Assembly (NCBI GenBank): GCA_964477035.1
Contig: CAYZCW010000004.1
Coordinates: forward strand, 59,882-123,881
Length of the DNA stretch: 64,000 bases
Direction of reading: 5' to 3'
From: an uncultured Bacteroidales bacterium
Lineage (GTDB): Bacteria > Bacteroidota > Bacteroidia > Bacteroidales > UBA7960
The notes below the pieces were generated by a model. The model did not search any database and was not told the origin of the DNA. It saw only the letters and a program-made list of their open reading frames with translations. How positions within the stretch are numbered: position 1 is the stretch's first letter; the number at the start of each line of letters is the position of its first letter. A program made the position numbers and the translations under genes. Shown piece after piece: positions 43,629 to 52,973 of the stretch.

Positions 43629-43727
43629 GGTTGATTGCTGTTAAGAATGAACACGCGTTGCATTGTTGTTGCCGGCCACCGCCCTGGCATGAAGCCGCCG
43701 GCAGGCAGCCCGTTCCGGACGCCCGGT

Positions 43728-45341
43728 TTATTCTTCATAGTCATAGGGCCGCTTGGTAACCGTCGGGATCTCGTCAAAATTGAACAGGGTGGGCGGGGTA
43801 TCGACCTGCCACTCCAGGGTACGGCCATTCCATGGGTTCTTCTCGCTGGTTTTTTGCCCGTGCCTGGCCGAACGGACCAGGTTGATGAAGATGATCAGCA
43901 GCCCGGCCACCATGACCCAGGCCCCCAGGGAGGACAGGATGTTGCCCCCGTGGAAGCTCGGCAGGTAGTCGTAGTACCGGCGCGGCATGCCCATGATGCC
44001 CAGGTAGAACATGGGCAGGTAGAGGGCCAGAAAACCGATGAAGAACACCCCCCAGCCCATATTGGCCCAGTTGGCGTCGTACATGCGTCCGAACATCTTG
44101 GGGAACCAGTAGTGCACCGCCGCCATGAAGGCAAAGCCGGTGCCCCCGAATACAATGAAATGGAAATGGGCCACCACGAAGTGGGTGTCGTGCAGGTGCA
44201 CATTCGTGGCCAGGCTGCCGAGGACCAGCCCGGTGAGGCCACCGATCATGAACACGAAGATGAAGGAGACGGCCCAGTAAAAGGGCGTCTGCATGATGAG
44301 GGAGCCGCGGTGCATCGTGCTGACCCAGTTAAAGACCTTGACGGCCGAGGGGATGGCAACCAGGAAGGTCAGGAAGGAAAAGGCGAACAGGGCCCTGCCG
44401 CTCATGCCCGAGGTGAACATATGGTGTCCCCACACGAAGTATCCGACAAACGCAATGGCCATGGTGGACAGCACGATGGCCTTGTAGCCGAAGATGGTCT
44501 TGCGCGAGAAAACCGGGATGATCTCGCTGATGGCGCCCATGGCCGGCAGGATCATGATGTATACGGCAGGGTGGGAGTAGATCCAGAACAGGTGCTGGTA
44601 GAGGATGGGGTCTCCCCCCAGGGCGGGATCGAAGAAACCGATGCCCAGGGTGCGCTCGGCCACGATCAGCAGCAGCGTGATGCCGATGACGGGGGTGGCC
44701 AGGATCTGGATCCAGGCCGTGCCGTAAAGCGTCCAGGGGAAGAGGGGCATTTTGAGCCATTTCATGCCCGGGGCACGCATGCGGTGGATGGTCACCACGA
44801 AGTTGATGCCCGTCAATATGGACGAGAACCCCATCACGAAGGCCCCGAAAACGGCCGGCAGCACGTTGGTGGGGGTGCGGAAACTGTAGGGGGCATAAAA
44901 AGTCCATCCGGTATCGGGCGGTCCGTCTCCCATGAACTGGGAGGTGAGCACGATCAGGATGCCGATCACATACAGCCACCACGAAAGGAGGTTGATGCGC
45001 GGGAAGGCCACGTCCTTGGCCCCGATCATGATGGGCAGGAAGAAGTTCCCGAACACGGCGGGCAGGCCCGGCACCACGATGATGAAGATCATGATGATGC
45101 CGTGCAGGGTAAATAGGGCGTTGTAAGTCTGGGGTCCCATGATGGTGTACCCCGGGGCGATCAACTGGGTTTTCATCAGCAGGCCCAGGATGGCACCCAC
45201 CGAGAAGAATCCCAGCATGGTGTAGAGGTAGAGCAAGCCGATCCGTTTGTGGTCGGTCGACAGGATCCATCCCAGGAACCCCTTATACCTGCCCTTGTAG
45301 TCAAGATAGCTGACGTGTTTGGCTGTGGATGCTTCAGACAT
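43728..45341 (-). CDS. ctaD: cytochrome c oxidase subunit I
   Basis: HKRIGLLYL..., WIYSHPAVYIMILPA, WGHHMFTSG, HDTHFVVAHFH heme-copper oxidase ligand motifs. Confidence 0.97.
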   Translation of the reverse strand: MSEASTAKHVSYLDYKGRYKGFLGWILSTDHKRIGLLYLYTMLGFFSVGAILGLLMKTQLIAPGYTIMGPQTYNALFTLHGIIMIFIIVVPGLPAVFGNFFLPIMIGAKDVAFPRINLLSWWLYVIGILIVLTSQFMGDGPPDTGWTFYAPYSFRTPTNVLPAVFGAFVMGFSSILTGINFVVTIHRMRAPGMKWLKMPLFPWTLYGTAWIQILATPVIGITLLLIVAERTLGIGFFDPALGGDPILYQHLFWIYSHPAVYIMILPAMGAISEIIPVFSRKTIFGYKAIVLSTMAIAFVGYFVWGHHMFTSGMSGRALFAFSFLTFLVAIPSAVKVFNWVSTMHRGSLIMQTPFYWAVSFIFVFMIGGLTGLVLGSLATNVHLHDTHFVVAHFHFIVFGGTGFAFMAAVHYWFPKMFGRMYDANWANMGWGVFFIGFLALYLPMFYLGIMGMPRRYYDYLPSFHGGNILSSLGAWVMVAGLLIIFINLVRSARHGQKTSEKNPWNGRTLEWQVDTPPTLFNFDEIPTVTKRPYDYEE

Positions 45342-45357
45342 GTTCTTGGCGTTTGTA

Positions 45358-46149
45358 TTATTCTGTCGTTCTTTTCCGTGGTTTCAGGATGATCAGCCCC
45401 AGCAGGATCACCAGGGCGAAGAAAAGGATCAGCGTGCCCGCGATCTTGGTGACGTTCAGCACGTATTGCTGCCCGGCGGGGTCGAAGGAATAGCAGTAAG
45501 CCAGCACCCGGCTGAAGGAAGGACCGGACCGGCCTTCGCTGGTTTCGATCACGGCCATTTTCAGGTCGATCGGCAGGAAATAGGTGCCGTGCAGGTAGCG
45601 TGTGATTTTGCCTTCCTTGCTGACGAAGATCATGGCGGCCGTATGCAGGAAGTCAAAGCCCGTGCGCTTGTATTTGAATCCCACCGCATCGGTCAGCCGC
45701 GCTATGTTGGCGCTGTCGGCCACGAAGAACCGCCAGCCGTCCGGATTGAAATCCTTTTTAACCAGGTGGTGGTAGTTGTTGCGGTTGGTGCGGGCCAGCT
45801 CGTAGCCCTCCCGGGGATCGAAGCTGATGTTGAGAATCTGAAAGTCCCTGCCCAGTTCCAGGTCGGAGACCGATACCACATCGGCCATGCCTTCCATGAA
45901 AGGGCTGCAGATGCCGGGGCAGCGGTAATACACCAGGGCAATCACCGTCGGTTTGTCCAGGAAGGAGTGCAGAAAAGCCTGGTTGCCCTCGGCATCGGTG
46001 AGCAGGATGTCCTCGGGAAGGTATTCATCCAGGCGCTCCACGATGCCGATCTCCGGTTCGTCCGGGTTGAAGGTGCGTGGCAGGGCTTCCTGGGCATGGG
46101 TCCCGGCAACGAGCAGCAGCAGGATGGCGGGAAGCAGAATGTGTTTCAT
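45358..46149 (-). CDS. SCO family copper chaperone/thiol-disulfide protein
   Basis: Signal peptide; ALVYYRCPGICSP (CxxxC) plus downstream His (FLHTAAM); C-terminal TM helix. Confidence 0.9.
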   Translation of the reverse strand: MKHILLPAILLLLVAGTHAQEALPRTFNPDEPEIGIVERLDEYLPEDILLTDAEGNQAFLHSFLDKPTVIALVYYRCPGICSPFMEGMADVVSVSDLELGRDFQILNISFDPREGYELARTNRNNYHHLVKKDFNPDGWRFFVADSANIARLTDAVGFKYKRTGFDFLHTAAMIFVSKEGKITRYLHGTYFLPIDLKMAVIETSEGRSGPSFSRVLAYCYSFDPAGQQYVLNVTKIAGTLILFFALVILLGLIILKPRKRTTE

Positions 46150-46251
46150 GGGACCGGTTGATTAAATGAATTGTCGTTCATGTTGCGATGGAACCATCCG
46201 ACGGAAACCCCCTGAATTGCATTCCATGTAAGAGGGCTCCCCGTATGTCGC

Positions 46252-47412
46252 CTACAGGTGGTGGTGCAGGCTTTCCTCCAGCTGGGGGTGGTTGCGCGGC
46301 ACGATCAGCCGCCGCCGCAGGCACGCAAAGACCAGCAGCAGGAACAGCCCGGCATAGCCCAGCCACATGCCCGCCTCAATGAATCCGAATTTCGGCGGAC
46401 CGTAGCTTCCCGGCATGATCTGCACCCAGAGGCTCACCCAGAGCCCGGCCAGCAGCAGCACGCTGATGCCGGTCAGGACGGGTTCCCTTTTCCCGATGTC
46501 GTCGGCCATCATCACCACGAAGGGTATGGCAAAGTTCATAAACAATTCAGCGTAAAACAAGTATTTCCATTCGCCCAGAAAGCGGGGCGTATAATAGATG
46601 GTCAGTTCCGGGATGTTGGCATACCAGATGATGATAAACTGCATGAACCAGAGGTAGCCGAACACGATGCTGAAGCGGAATAGGTAACGGGCCAGGTCGT
46701 GGCGGTGCGCCTCGTTGAGGTGGGGGAAGTAGCCCAGCCTTCTGAGGAAAAGCAGCAGCAGGACGATGGCCGCCACCGCAAAGTACATGCTGGTGACCAT
46801 GGCGCGGAAGCCGAACAGGGTGCTGTACCAGTGGGCATCGATGGTCATCACCCAGTCGATGGCCGCCATGGAGAAAAACAGGGCCGCCACGAAGATGAAC
46901 ACCTTGGCGTAATGCTTGCTCCTGACATAGGCCTTGCTGCCTCCTTCAAGGTCTTCCTGCAGGGCCAGCTGACGCAGGATGAGCACCAGGGGGATCCACA
47001 GCCCGAAATAGACAAGGATGCGGATCATGTAAAACGGCACGTTGAGAAACGGGGCCTTGTGGGCGATGAGCTTGTCGGTCTCGGTGATGCCGGGCAGCGA
47101 CCATTCATAGATATGCCCAAGCCCGAAGTACAGCAGCAGCATCAGCAGCAGGGCCGGGGGGATGAAGCTGCCCAGGGCGAGGGGAATGCGCTGGATCATG
47201 GCCGACCAGGAGGAGCCTGTGATGAACTGGATGCTGTAGAACAACATGGCCCCGATGCTGAGCGTCAGAAAGTACATATTGTTGAGCAGCACGTTGGACC
47301 AGGTCCGGGAGGGGTCGGTGGCCAGGCCGGCGGCCACGGCGGCCACGCCGAGGAGGATCAGCATGGCGATGACGGCCTTCAGGGTTTTTGTGGGGGTAAA
47401 GCGTTCGTCCAT
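46252..47412 (-). CDS. actF: alternative complex III subunit ActF-like membrane protein
   Basis: 386 aa polytopic membrane protein in the position after ActE, as in described ACIII operons. Confidence 0.75.
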   Translation of the reverse strand: MDERFTPTKTLKAVIAMLILLGVAAVAAGLATDPSRTWSNVLLNNMYFLTLSIGAMLFYSIQFITGSSWSAMIQRIPLALGSFIPPALLLMLLLYFGLGHIYEWSLPGITETDKLIAHKAPFLNVPFYMIRILVYFGLWIPLVLILRQLALQEDLEGGSKAYVRSKHYAKVFIFVAALFFSMAAIDWVMTIDAHWYSTLFGFRAMVTSMYFAVAAIVLLLLFLRRLGYFPHLNEAHRHDLARYLFRFSIVFGYLWFMQFIIIWYANIPELTIYYTPRFLGEWKYLFYAELFMNFAIPFVVMMADDIGKREPVLTGISVLLLAGLWVSLWVQIMPGSYGPPKFGFIEAGMWLGYAGLFLLLVFACLRRRLIVPRNHPQLEESLHHHL

Positions 47413-47424
47413 GGTGGGATGGGT

Positions 47425-48012
47425 TTACTTTTCCTGGATCACTTGTTCGATGAAAGCCACGATCTTCCAACGGTCCGCCGGCTGGATCAGGGACCCGTGG
47501 GCCCCCATCACGCCCCATCCCGTGGTGATCACATGGTAGGTCTCTCCGGAAGGCTGGGCCACGATGGCGGGATCCAGGAGGGAGGTGGGGGGGATGATGT
47601 ACTTTCCGCTTACATGGAGGTTGCCCTGGCCATCGCCCTCCACGCCGTGGCAGTTGGCACAAAAGATCCCGTAAAGCTCCTGCCCCCGTGCGAGCAATTC
47701 TTCCGTGGACTCCAGCGGGTTCGTCAGCTCCCTGCCGGCCCGGATCCGTCCTTCTTCCCCGGCGGGATAGTGGTAGGGAACCCGGTCGGTCGGGATGGTG
47801 CCGGGCACGGGTTCGCGCATGGTTTTGCCGTCTTCCGTAACCGGATTGTCCGACCAGGTGTTGTAGGCCGGGCTGTGGGCCATGTCCGGAAAATATTCAC
47901 GGCCCTTGTCCATGCGGGTGCGGTCGCAGGCGAACAGCACCGATGCGGCAAGCAGGGCGAGCAGGACCGGCATCCTGTACGTTCGGGTAAGGGGCGTTGG
48001 GTTGGGTCGCAT
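47425..48012 (-). CDS. actE: ACIII monoheme cytochrome c subunit ActE (probable lipoprotein)
   Basis: Single CANCHGVEG heme site. Signal plus lipobox-like LLAASVLFAC. Start uncertain (ATG 48012, 48042 or 48111). Confidence 0.8.
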   Translation of the reverse strand: MRPNPTPLTRTYRMPVLLALLAASVLFACDRTRMDKGREYFPDMAHSPAYNTWSDNPVTEDGKTMREPVPGTIPTDRVPYHYPAGEEGRIRAGRELTNPLESTEELLARGQELYGIFCANCHGVEGDGQGNLHVSGKYIIPPTSLLDPAIVAQPSGETYHVITTGWGVMGAHGSLIQPADRWKIVAFIEQVIQEK

Positions 48013-48025
48013 AGGCTCCAGTATT

Positions 48026-48538
48026 TTATTCGGATGGTTCATTTTCGATGATTTCCTCGGCCCCGCTTTCGCTGAGCCATTGTTTGATCTCGCCGGGGTT
48101 GAAGTTTTCATCCAGCACCAGGTAAAAACGGTCGTCCAGGGTCCGTGGGCCCGGCAGGGAGACTTCCTTGCCCGGGAACAACCTGGTGCGTCCGAGGAAG
48201 GCGAAGGTGGACGCTCCCCCGGTGACCAGGATGGCCAGCAGGAACATGGCCACCACCATGGGTGGAAAGCTGAATATGGGCTTGCCGCCGTACCTCAGGG
48301 GATAGTCGATCACGGCCACGTAGTAGATGAAGGCAAAGGTGGCCACTACGGTAAACAGCCCGACCAGAACCGAGAGGTAGGGAAGGCGCGACTCCCGCGT
48401 AAAGTTCCTGATCAGGTCGTGGTTGGCGCAGGGGCCATAAATGTCGCGGATGTTGACCCCGTTCTCCCGGAGCTTTTTCAGGGCGGTCAGCAGCACCGAC
48501 TCATCCCGGAATACGGCGGTGATCTGTTTAGCGTTCAT
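48026..48538 (-). CDS. actD: ACIII membrane subunit ActD (DUF3341-like)
   Basis: MNAKQITAVFRDESVLLTALKKLRENG..., then two TM helices. Alternative start at 48565. Confidence 0.75.
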   Translation of the reverse strand: MNAKQITAVFRDESVLLTALKKLRENGVNIRDIYGPCANHDLIRNFTRESRLPYLSVLVGLFTVVATFAFIYYVAVIDYPLRYGGKPIFSFPPMVVAMFLLAILVTGGASTFAFLGRTRLFPGKEVSLPGPRTLDDRFYLVLDENFNPGEIKQWLSESGAEEIIENEPSE

Positions 48539-49907
48539 GGTCTTGCGTGGTTTTTTCGTTTGCATGGCCCTGGCGGGAGATGGGCTTGACTTCGTTCACG
48601 GCGACGATGGGGATGTAACGGACGAACATCAGCATCCCGCAGGTGAACAATCCGAAGGTTCCCAGGTAGATCCCGATGTCCACCATGGTCGGATGGTAGG
48701 CCGTCCAGCTCGATGGCAGGAAGTCCTGCGCCAGGGAGGAGATCAGGATGATGTAGCGCTCGAACCACATCCCGATGTTGATGATGACCGACACCAGGAA
48801 CAGCACCACGAGGTTCTGCCGGGCCTTTCTGAACCAGAAAAGCTGGGGGATGATGGCATTGAAGGCGAACATGATCCAGAAGGCGGTGGAGAAGGTGCCG
48901 GAGGCCCGGGCGTGGAAGAAGGTATGGAGCTCATATTCCACCCCCGAATACCAGGCAATGAACAGCTCGGTGACGTATGCCAGGCCGATGACCAGCGAGC
49001 CGTACTTGAGCACGTGGGCGATGTTGTCCAGGTGTTTTTCGGTCACATAGTCGTAGAGGTTGAATGCCTTCCGGAAAAGGATCATGAGGGTGAGTACCAT
49101 GGCGAATCCCGAGAAAATGGCCCCGACAAAGAAATAGGGTGGCAGGATGGTGGCGTGCCAGCCCGGAAGGACCGAGACGGCGAAGTCGAGCGCCACGATG
49201 GTATGTACCGAAATGACCAGGGGTGCCGCGAGGCCGCCGAGCAGCTTCATCAGCGTTTCATACCGGTTGTAGGTATAGAGGGATCCGTCCCAGCCCAGGC
49301 TGAACATGCCATAGAGGAACCGCCCCACCTTGTTTTTTGTCCGCTGCCGGATCGTGGCCAGGTCGGGCACCATGCCCAGGTACCACAGCATGATGGAGGT
49401 AATCAGGTAAGTGGTGATGGCCAGTACATCCCAGAACAGGGGGGAATTGAAGTTGAGCCACAGCAGCCGGGTGTTGGGGTAGGGCAGGATGTAAAAGGCC
49501 AGCCAGGGCCGTCCCATGTGCAGCAAGGGGAACATCGCGGCACAGACCACCGCAAAGACCGTCATGGCCTCGGCGGCGCGGTTGATGGACCCTGCCCATT
49601 TCTGCCTGAACACCAGGAAAAAGATCGTGAAGGCGGTGCCGGCATGGCCGATCCCGATCCACCATACGAAGTTGATGATGTCCCAGCCCCAGGCGACGCT
49701 GTTGGTCAGCCCCCAGGTGCCGAGGCCCTCGGCGAGCGACATGTACACGGCCCAGGCACCGATGGCCAGCAGGATGGTGCCGATGGTCATCCCGGCGAAC
49801 CACCACAACGGGGTCTTGCCTTCGACGGTGGCCAGCAGCTCGCCGGTGATCTGGCCGTAGGACTTGTTCCCCTTGACAAGGGCTACAGATGTTTCGTTGC
49901 TGAGCAT
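48528..49907 (-). CDS. actC: ACIII quinol-interacting membrane subunit ActC (NrfD/PsrC family)
   Basis: 459 aa, about 10 TM helices, NrfD-like WGWDIINFVWWIGIGHAGT motif. Confidence 0.88.
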   Translation of the reverse strand: MLSNETSVALVKGNKSYGQITGELLATVEGKTPLWWFAGMTIGTILLAIGAWAVYMSLAEGLGTWGLTNSVAWGWDIINFVWWIGIGHAGTAFTIFFLVFRQKWAGSINRAAEAMTVFAVVCAAMFPLLHMGRPWLAFYILPYPNTRLLWLNFNSPLFWDVLAITTYLITSIMLWYLGMVPDLATIRQRTKNKVGRFLYGMFSLGWDGSLYTYNRYETLMKLLGGLAAPLVISVHTIVALDFAVSVLPGWHATILPPYFFVGAIFSGFAMVLTLMILFRKAFNLYDYVTEKHLDNIAHVLKYGSLVIGLAYVTELFIAWYSGVEYELHTFFHARASGTFSTAFWIMFAFNAIIPQLFWFRKARQNLVVLFLVSVIINIGMWFERYIILISSLAQDFLPSSWTAYHPTMVDIGIYLGTFGLFTCGMLMFVRYIPIVAVNEVKPISRQGHANEKTTQDHER

Positions 49908-49917
49908 GGACGGGAGG

Positions 49918-52890
49918 TTAGGTTCGGTTTGTTTCTTTGGGGTTTCGGATCTTCGTCAGGTAGCCTACCGAGGGCAGGGTATGCAGTTCCTCAAGCAGGT
50001 GGTAGTTGCGCGGGTCCCTGATGAGCTGGGAAACGCGGCTGTCCTTGTCGTTCAGGTCGCCGAATACCAGGGCGCCCGTCGGACAGGCCTGCAGGCAGGC
50101 CGGGCGGATCTCCCCGTCCCGGAGCCTTCTTTTCTCGTTCTTGGCCCGGAGTTTGGCCTCCTGGATGCGCTGCACACAGAAGGAGCACTTCTCGACCACC
50201 CCGCGCTCACGCACGGTCACGTCCGGATTGAGGACCATGCGCCCCAGCTCGGTGGTGGTGTGGGTGTTGAACTTCTCCCGGGTGGCGTATTCGTACCAAT
50301 TGAAACGGCGCACTTTGTAAGGGCAGTTGTTGATGCAGTACTTGGTGCCCACGCAGCGGTTGTAAGTGATCTGGTTGATGCCCTCCTGGCTGTGGGTGGT
50401 GGCAGCCACCGGGCAGACGTTTTCACAGGGGGCGTGGTCGCAGTGCTGGCACATCAGGGGCTGGAAGACCACGCCCGGGTTGGCTGCATCTCCCGTATAG
50501 TACCTGTCTATGCGCATCCAGTGCATGATGCGCCGCCTTCTTACCTGATCCTGTCCGATCACCGGGATATTGTTCTCGCTCTGGCAGGCGATCACGCAGG
50601 CGCTGCATCCTGTGCAGGCATTCAGGTCGACCATCAGGGCCCAGTGGTGTCCCTCGTGAGGCACTTCCGGGTAGAGGGTGTTCATATGCTTGAGGTGGTA
50701 GGCCCTCAGTTCATTGCCTGCGGCGGGATCCTCCCGGTATTTGTCCAGGGTGGATTCCCGGACGATGGCACGGCCCTCCATGGAGAAGTGGGTCTGGGTG
50801 CGTGCGAAGGCGTGGCCGCTGCCGGTTCTGACCCACTGGCTTATCGAGCCGTTCCTGAGCCTCCCGTTGCCGTTTGGCCTGTACAGCAGAAAGGCGTTGC
50901 CGCCCCTGTTGTCGGCACTCTTGCCGGCATGGGTCCGCCCATAGCCAAGGGCAATGGACAAGCAGCCTGCGGCCTGCCCGGGCTGGATGAGCACGGGCAC
51001 ACTGAGCTTGTCGTTGATCCGCAGCCTGTCTCCTTCGGCCAGCCCCAGTTCCTGTGCCGTCTCCGGGGCCACCGCAGCGAAATTGTCCCAGGTGACCGAA
51101 CTCACCGGGTCGGGAAGTTCCTGCAACCAGGGGTTGTTGGCATCGGTGCCATCCCCCAGGGAAATGCCGGCATAAACCTCGTATTCCAGGCCGTCACTCA
51201 GGGAAGCGTCCGCCAGGCGCTCCCGGGCGGCCGGCAGGGCGGAGGCATTGTAGGCGGGCGGGCTCCCTTCTGTGGCAGGGTTTTCGTGAATGCCCGACTG
51301 CAGCGATTCCACCCAGAAACTTTCAAAGGAAAGGTGGGTGGACTGCTGCGGAAAGATGGCTTCCTCCCAGTGTGTCCGGATGTACCCGTGAAAGTCTTCC
51401 TCCCGGCCCAGCCACTGCAGCAGGCCGTCCTGGAAGGAACGGGTGCTGAACAGGGGGTGGATCAGGGGCTGGGCGAGGCTGTAGGAGCCGGTTTTGAAAC
51501 TGGCATCGTTCCAGGCCTCCAGGTAGTGGTGGTCGGGCAGGACAAAGTCGCAGGCCAGGGCCGTTTCGTCTTTTGTGGTGGCAAAGGAAACACTCAGGGC
51601 CGTCTGTTTCAGTCCCTCGAGAAACCCTTCCGGGTCATGATAATGGTACAGGGGATTGCTGCGGTAACAAAGGAGGGCGGCCACCTGCCCCTGCTTCATG
51701 TCCTCCACGAGTTGTTCAAAGGCCTTTTCGTCGGATTGCCCTGCGTGGTAGGTGCAGCCGGGGTCGATGGTGGTGCCGTAGCTGCCAGCCATGTGGTTGA
51801 TGGCGTTGACCAGCCCCTGCATGTCGGTGTCGTCGTGCCCGCAGACCACCAGGGTGTTGCCGTGGTGCTCCAGGATGTCCCGGGCCAAAACGTCCACATC
51901 GTAAAGGGCGGTGGTATGGCTTCCGGAGGAGGGGCTGCCGGTTGCGCGGGCCAGTGCGTCATGGAGGGCCAGCAGCACCTGCTTTTCTTCCGATGGTTTG
52001 AGCGGGATGCGTTCATCGGCATTGGCCCCGGTCAGGGACAGCCGGCTTTCGAATTGAATGTGGCGCGACATGGGTGCGTTTTCTTCCAAGGGCCTGCGCC
52101 GGGTGGCATAGTCCCTAGCAAACTCAATGGGGGAGAGCCAGGTTCCCAGGAAGTCCGCGCTGAAACCGATGACCAGGCTGGCTTTGCCGAAGCGGTAGGA
52201 GGGGATCACGGCCTGTCCGAAATCGAGCCGGTGGGCTTCGCGGATCGCCGCATAGGAGACGGGGTCCCAGATCACCACCTCCAGACCGGGGATGTGGTCC
52301 ACGGCTTCATTGATCAGGGCCCTGGTCGATGGGCTCAGCAGGGTCGGGGTCAGCAGGACCTTGCGTCGGCTGCCGTCCTGTCCCATGAGCTGTTGGATGA
52401 TGTCCCGGTCGGCCTCATCCCAGCTGACAGGTGCACCCTTTTTCAGAGGCTCCCGGTAGCGGCCCCCGCTGTCGTAAAGGCTCAGCACGGACGCCTGCAC
52501 CCTGGCGGAAGTTCCCCCCCCCGTGATGGAAGAAAGGGGATTGCCCTCGATTTTGATGGGGCGGCCGTCCCGGTTCCTGACAAGCACCGGGCAGTACTCG
52601 TTTCCAAGCATGAAGGTGGAGGCATACCAGGAAGCCATGCCCGGCACCAGCTCTTCGGGTTGGTTTAGGTAGGGGATGGCTTTTTTAACCGGGTTTTCGC
52701 AGGCCGACAACACGGTGGCCGACACGAAACTGATCCCGCACCACTTGAGGAAGTCCCTGCGGGAAGCGGACAACTTGTCGGATCGTCCTGCCAGCAGCTC
52801 GACCGGGGAGACTGGTTCTTCCTCCGGCGCGAGGGATGCCGGCTTGCCCGGTCCCAGTTCTTCAATGCTTTTCCAGTATTTCTTTTCCAT
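49918..52890 (-). CDS. actB: ACIII subunit ActB (molybdopterin-oxidoreductase-like domain fused to 4Fe-4S ferredoxin domain), Tat signal
   Basis: Tat motif SRRDFLKWCG. Fe-S motifs CTGCSACVIACQSENN, CQHCDHAPCENVCP, CVGTKYCINNCPYK, CLQACPTGA. Confidence 0.92.
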   Translation of the reverse strand: MEKKYWKSIEELGPGKPASLAPEEEPVSPVELLAGRSDKLSASRRDFLKWCGISFVSATVLSACENPVKKAIPYLNQPEELVPGMASWYASTFMLGNEYCPVLVRNRDGRPIKIEGNPLSSITGGGTSARVQASVLSLYDSGGRYREPLKKGAPVSWDEADRDIIQQLMGQDGSRRKVLLTPTLLSPSTRALINEAVDHIPGLEVVIWDPVSYAAIREAHRLDFGQAVIPSYRFGKASLVIGFSADFLGTWLSPIEFARDYATRRRPLEENAPMSRHIQFESRLSLTGANADERIPLKPSEEKQVLLALHDALARATGSPSSGSHTTALYDVDVLARDILEHHGNTLVVCGHDDTDMQGLVNAINHMAGSYGTTIDPGCTYHAGQSDEKAFEQLVEDMKQGQVAALLCYRSNPLYHYHDPEGFLEGLKQTALSVSFATTKDETALACDFVLPDHHYLEAWNDASFKTGSYSLAQPLIHPLFSTRSFQDGLLQWLGREEDFHGYIRTHWEEAIFPQQSTHLSFESFWVESLQSGIHENPATEGSPPAYNASALPAARERLADASLSDGLEYEVYAGISLGDGTDANNPWLQELPDPVSSVTWDNFAAVAPETAQELGLAEGDRLRINDKLSVPVLIQPGQAAGCLSIALGYGRTHAGKSADNRGGNAFLLYRPNGNGRLRNGSISQWVRTGSGHAFARTQTHFSMEGRAIVRESTLDKYREDPAAGNELRAYHLKHMNTLYPEVPHEGHHWALMVDLNACTGCSACVIACQSENNIPVIGQDQVRRRRIMHWMRIDRYYTGDAANPGVVFQPLMCQHCDHAPCENVCPVAATTHSQEGINQITYNRCVGTKYCINNCPYKVRRFNWYEYATREKFNTHTTTELGRMVLNPDVTVRERGVVEKCSFCVQRIQEAKLRAKNEKRRLRDGEIRPACLQACPTGALVFGDLNDKDSRVSQLIRDPRNYHLLEELHTLPSVGYLTKIRNPKETNRT

Positions 52891-52973
52891 GATGATATGC
52901 TGTGTGAAACCCTGACATCAGTTCATTCGGGCGGAACCTTCTGCCCTTCTTCAGCCAGCCTGCCGGCTGCCTG

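Noticed and set aside
39143-52668. Long antisense ORFs over the respiratory region: 39143..41041 (-, 632 aa), 43635..45116 (+, 493 aa), 46699..48051 (+, 450 aa), 48441..50021 (+, 526 aa), 49864..52668 (+, 934 aa)
   Set aside because: Each lies opposite a gene with unambiguous motifs (nirK-like, ctaD, actF/E, actC, actB). Their sequences are repetitive and rich in G/R/H/D/P. I treat them as non-coding shadows, not overlapping genes.
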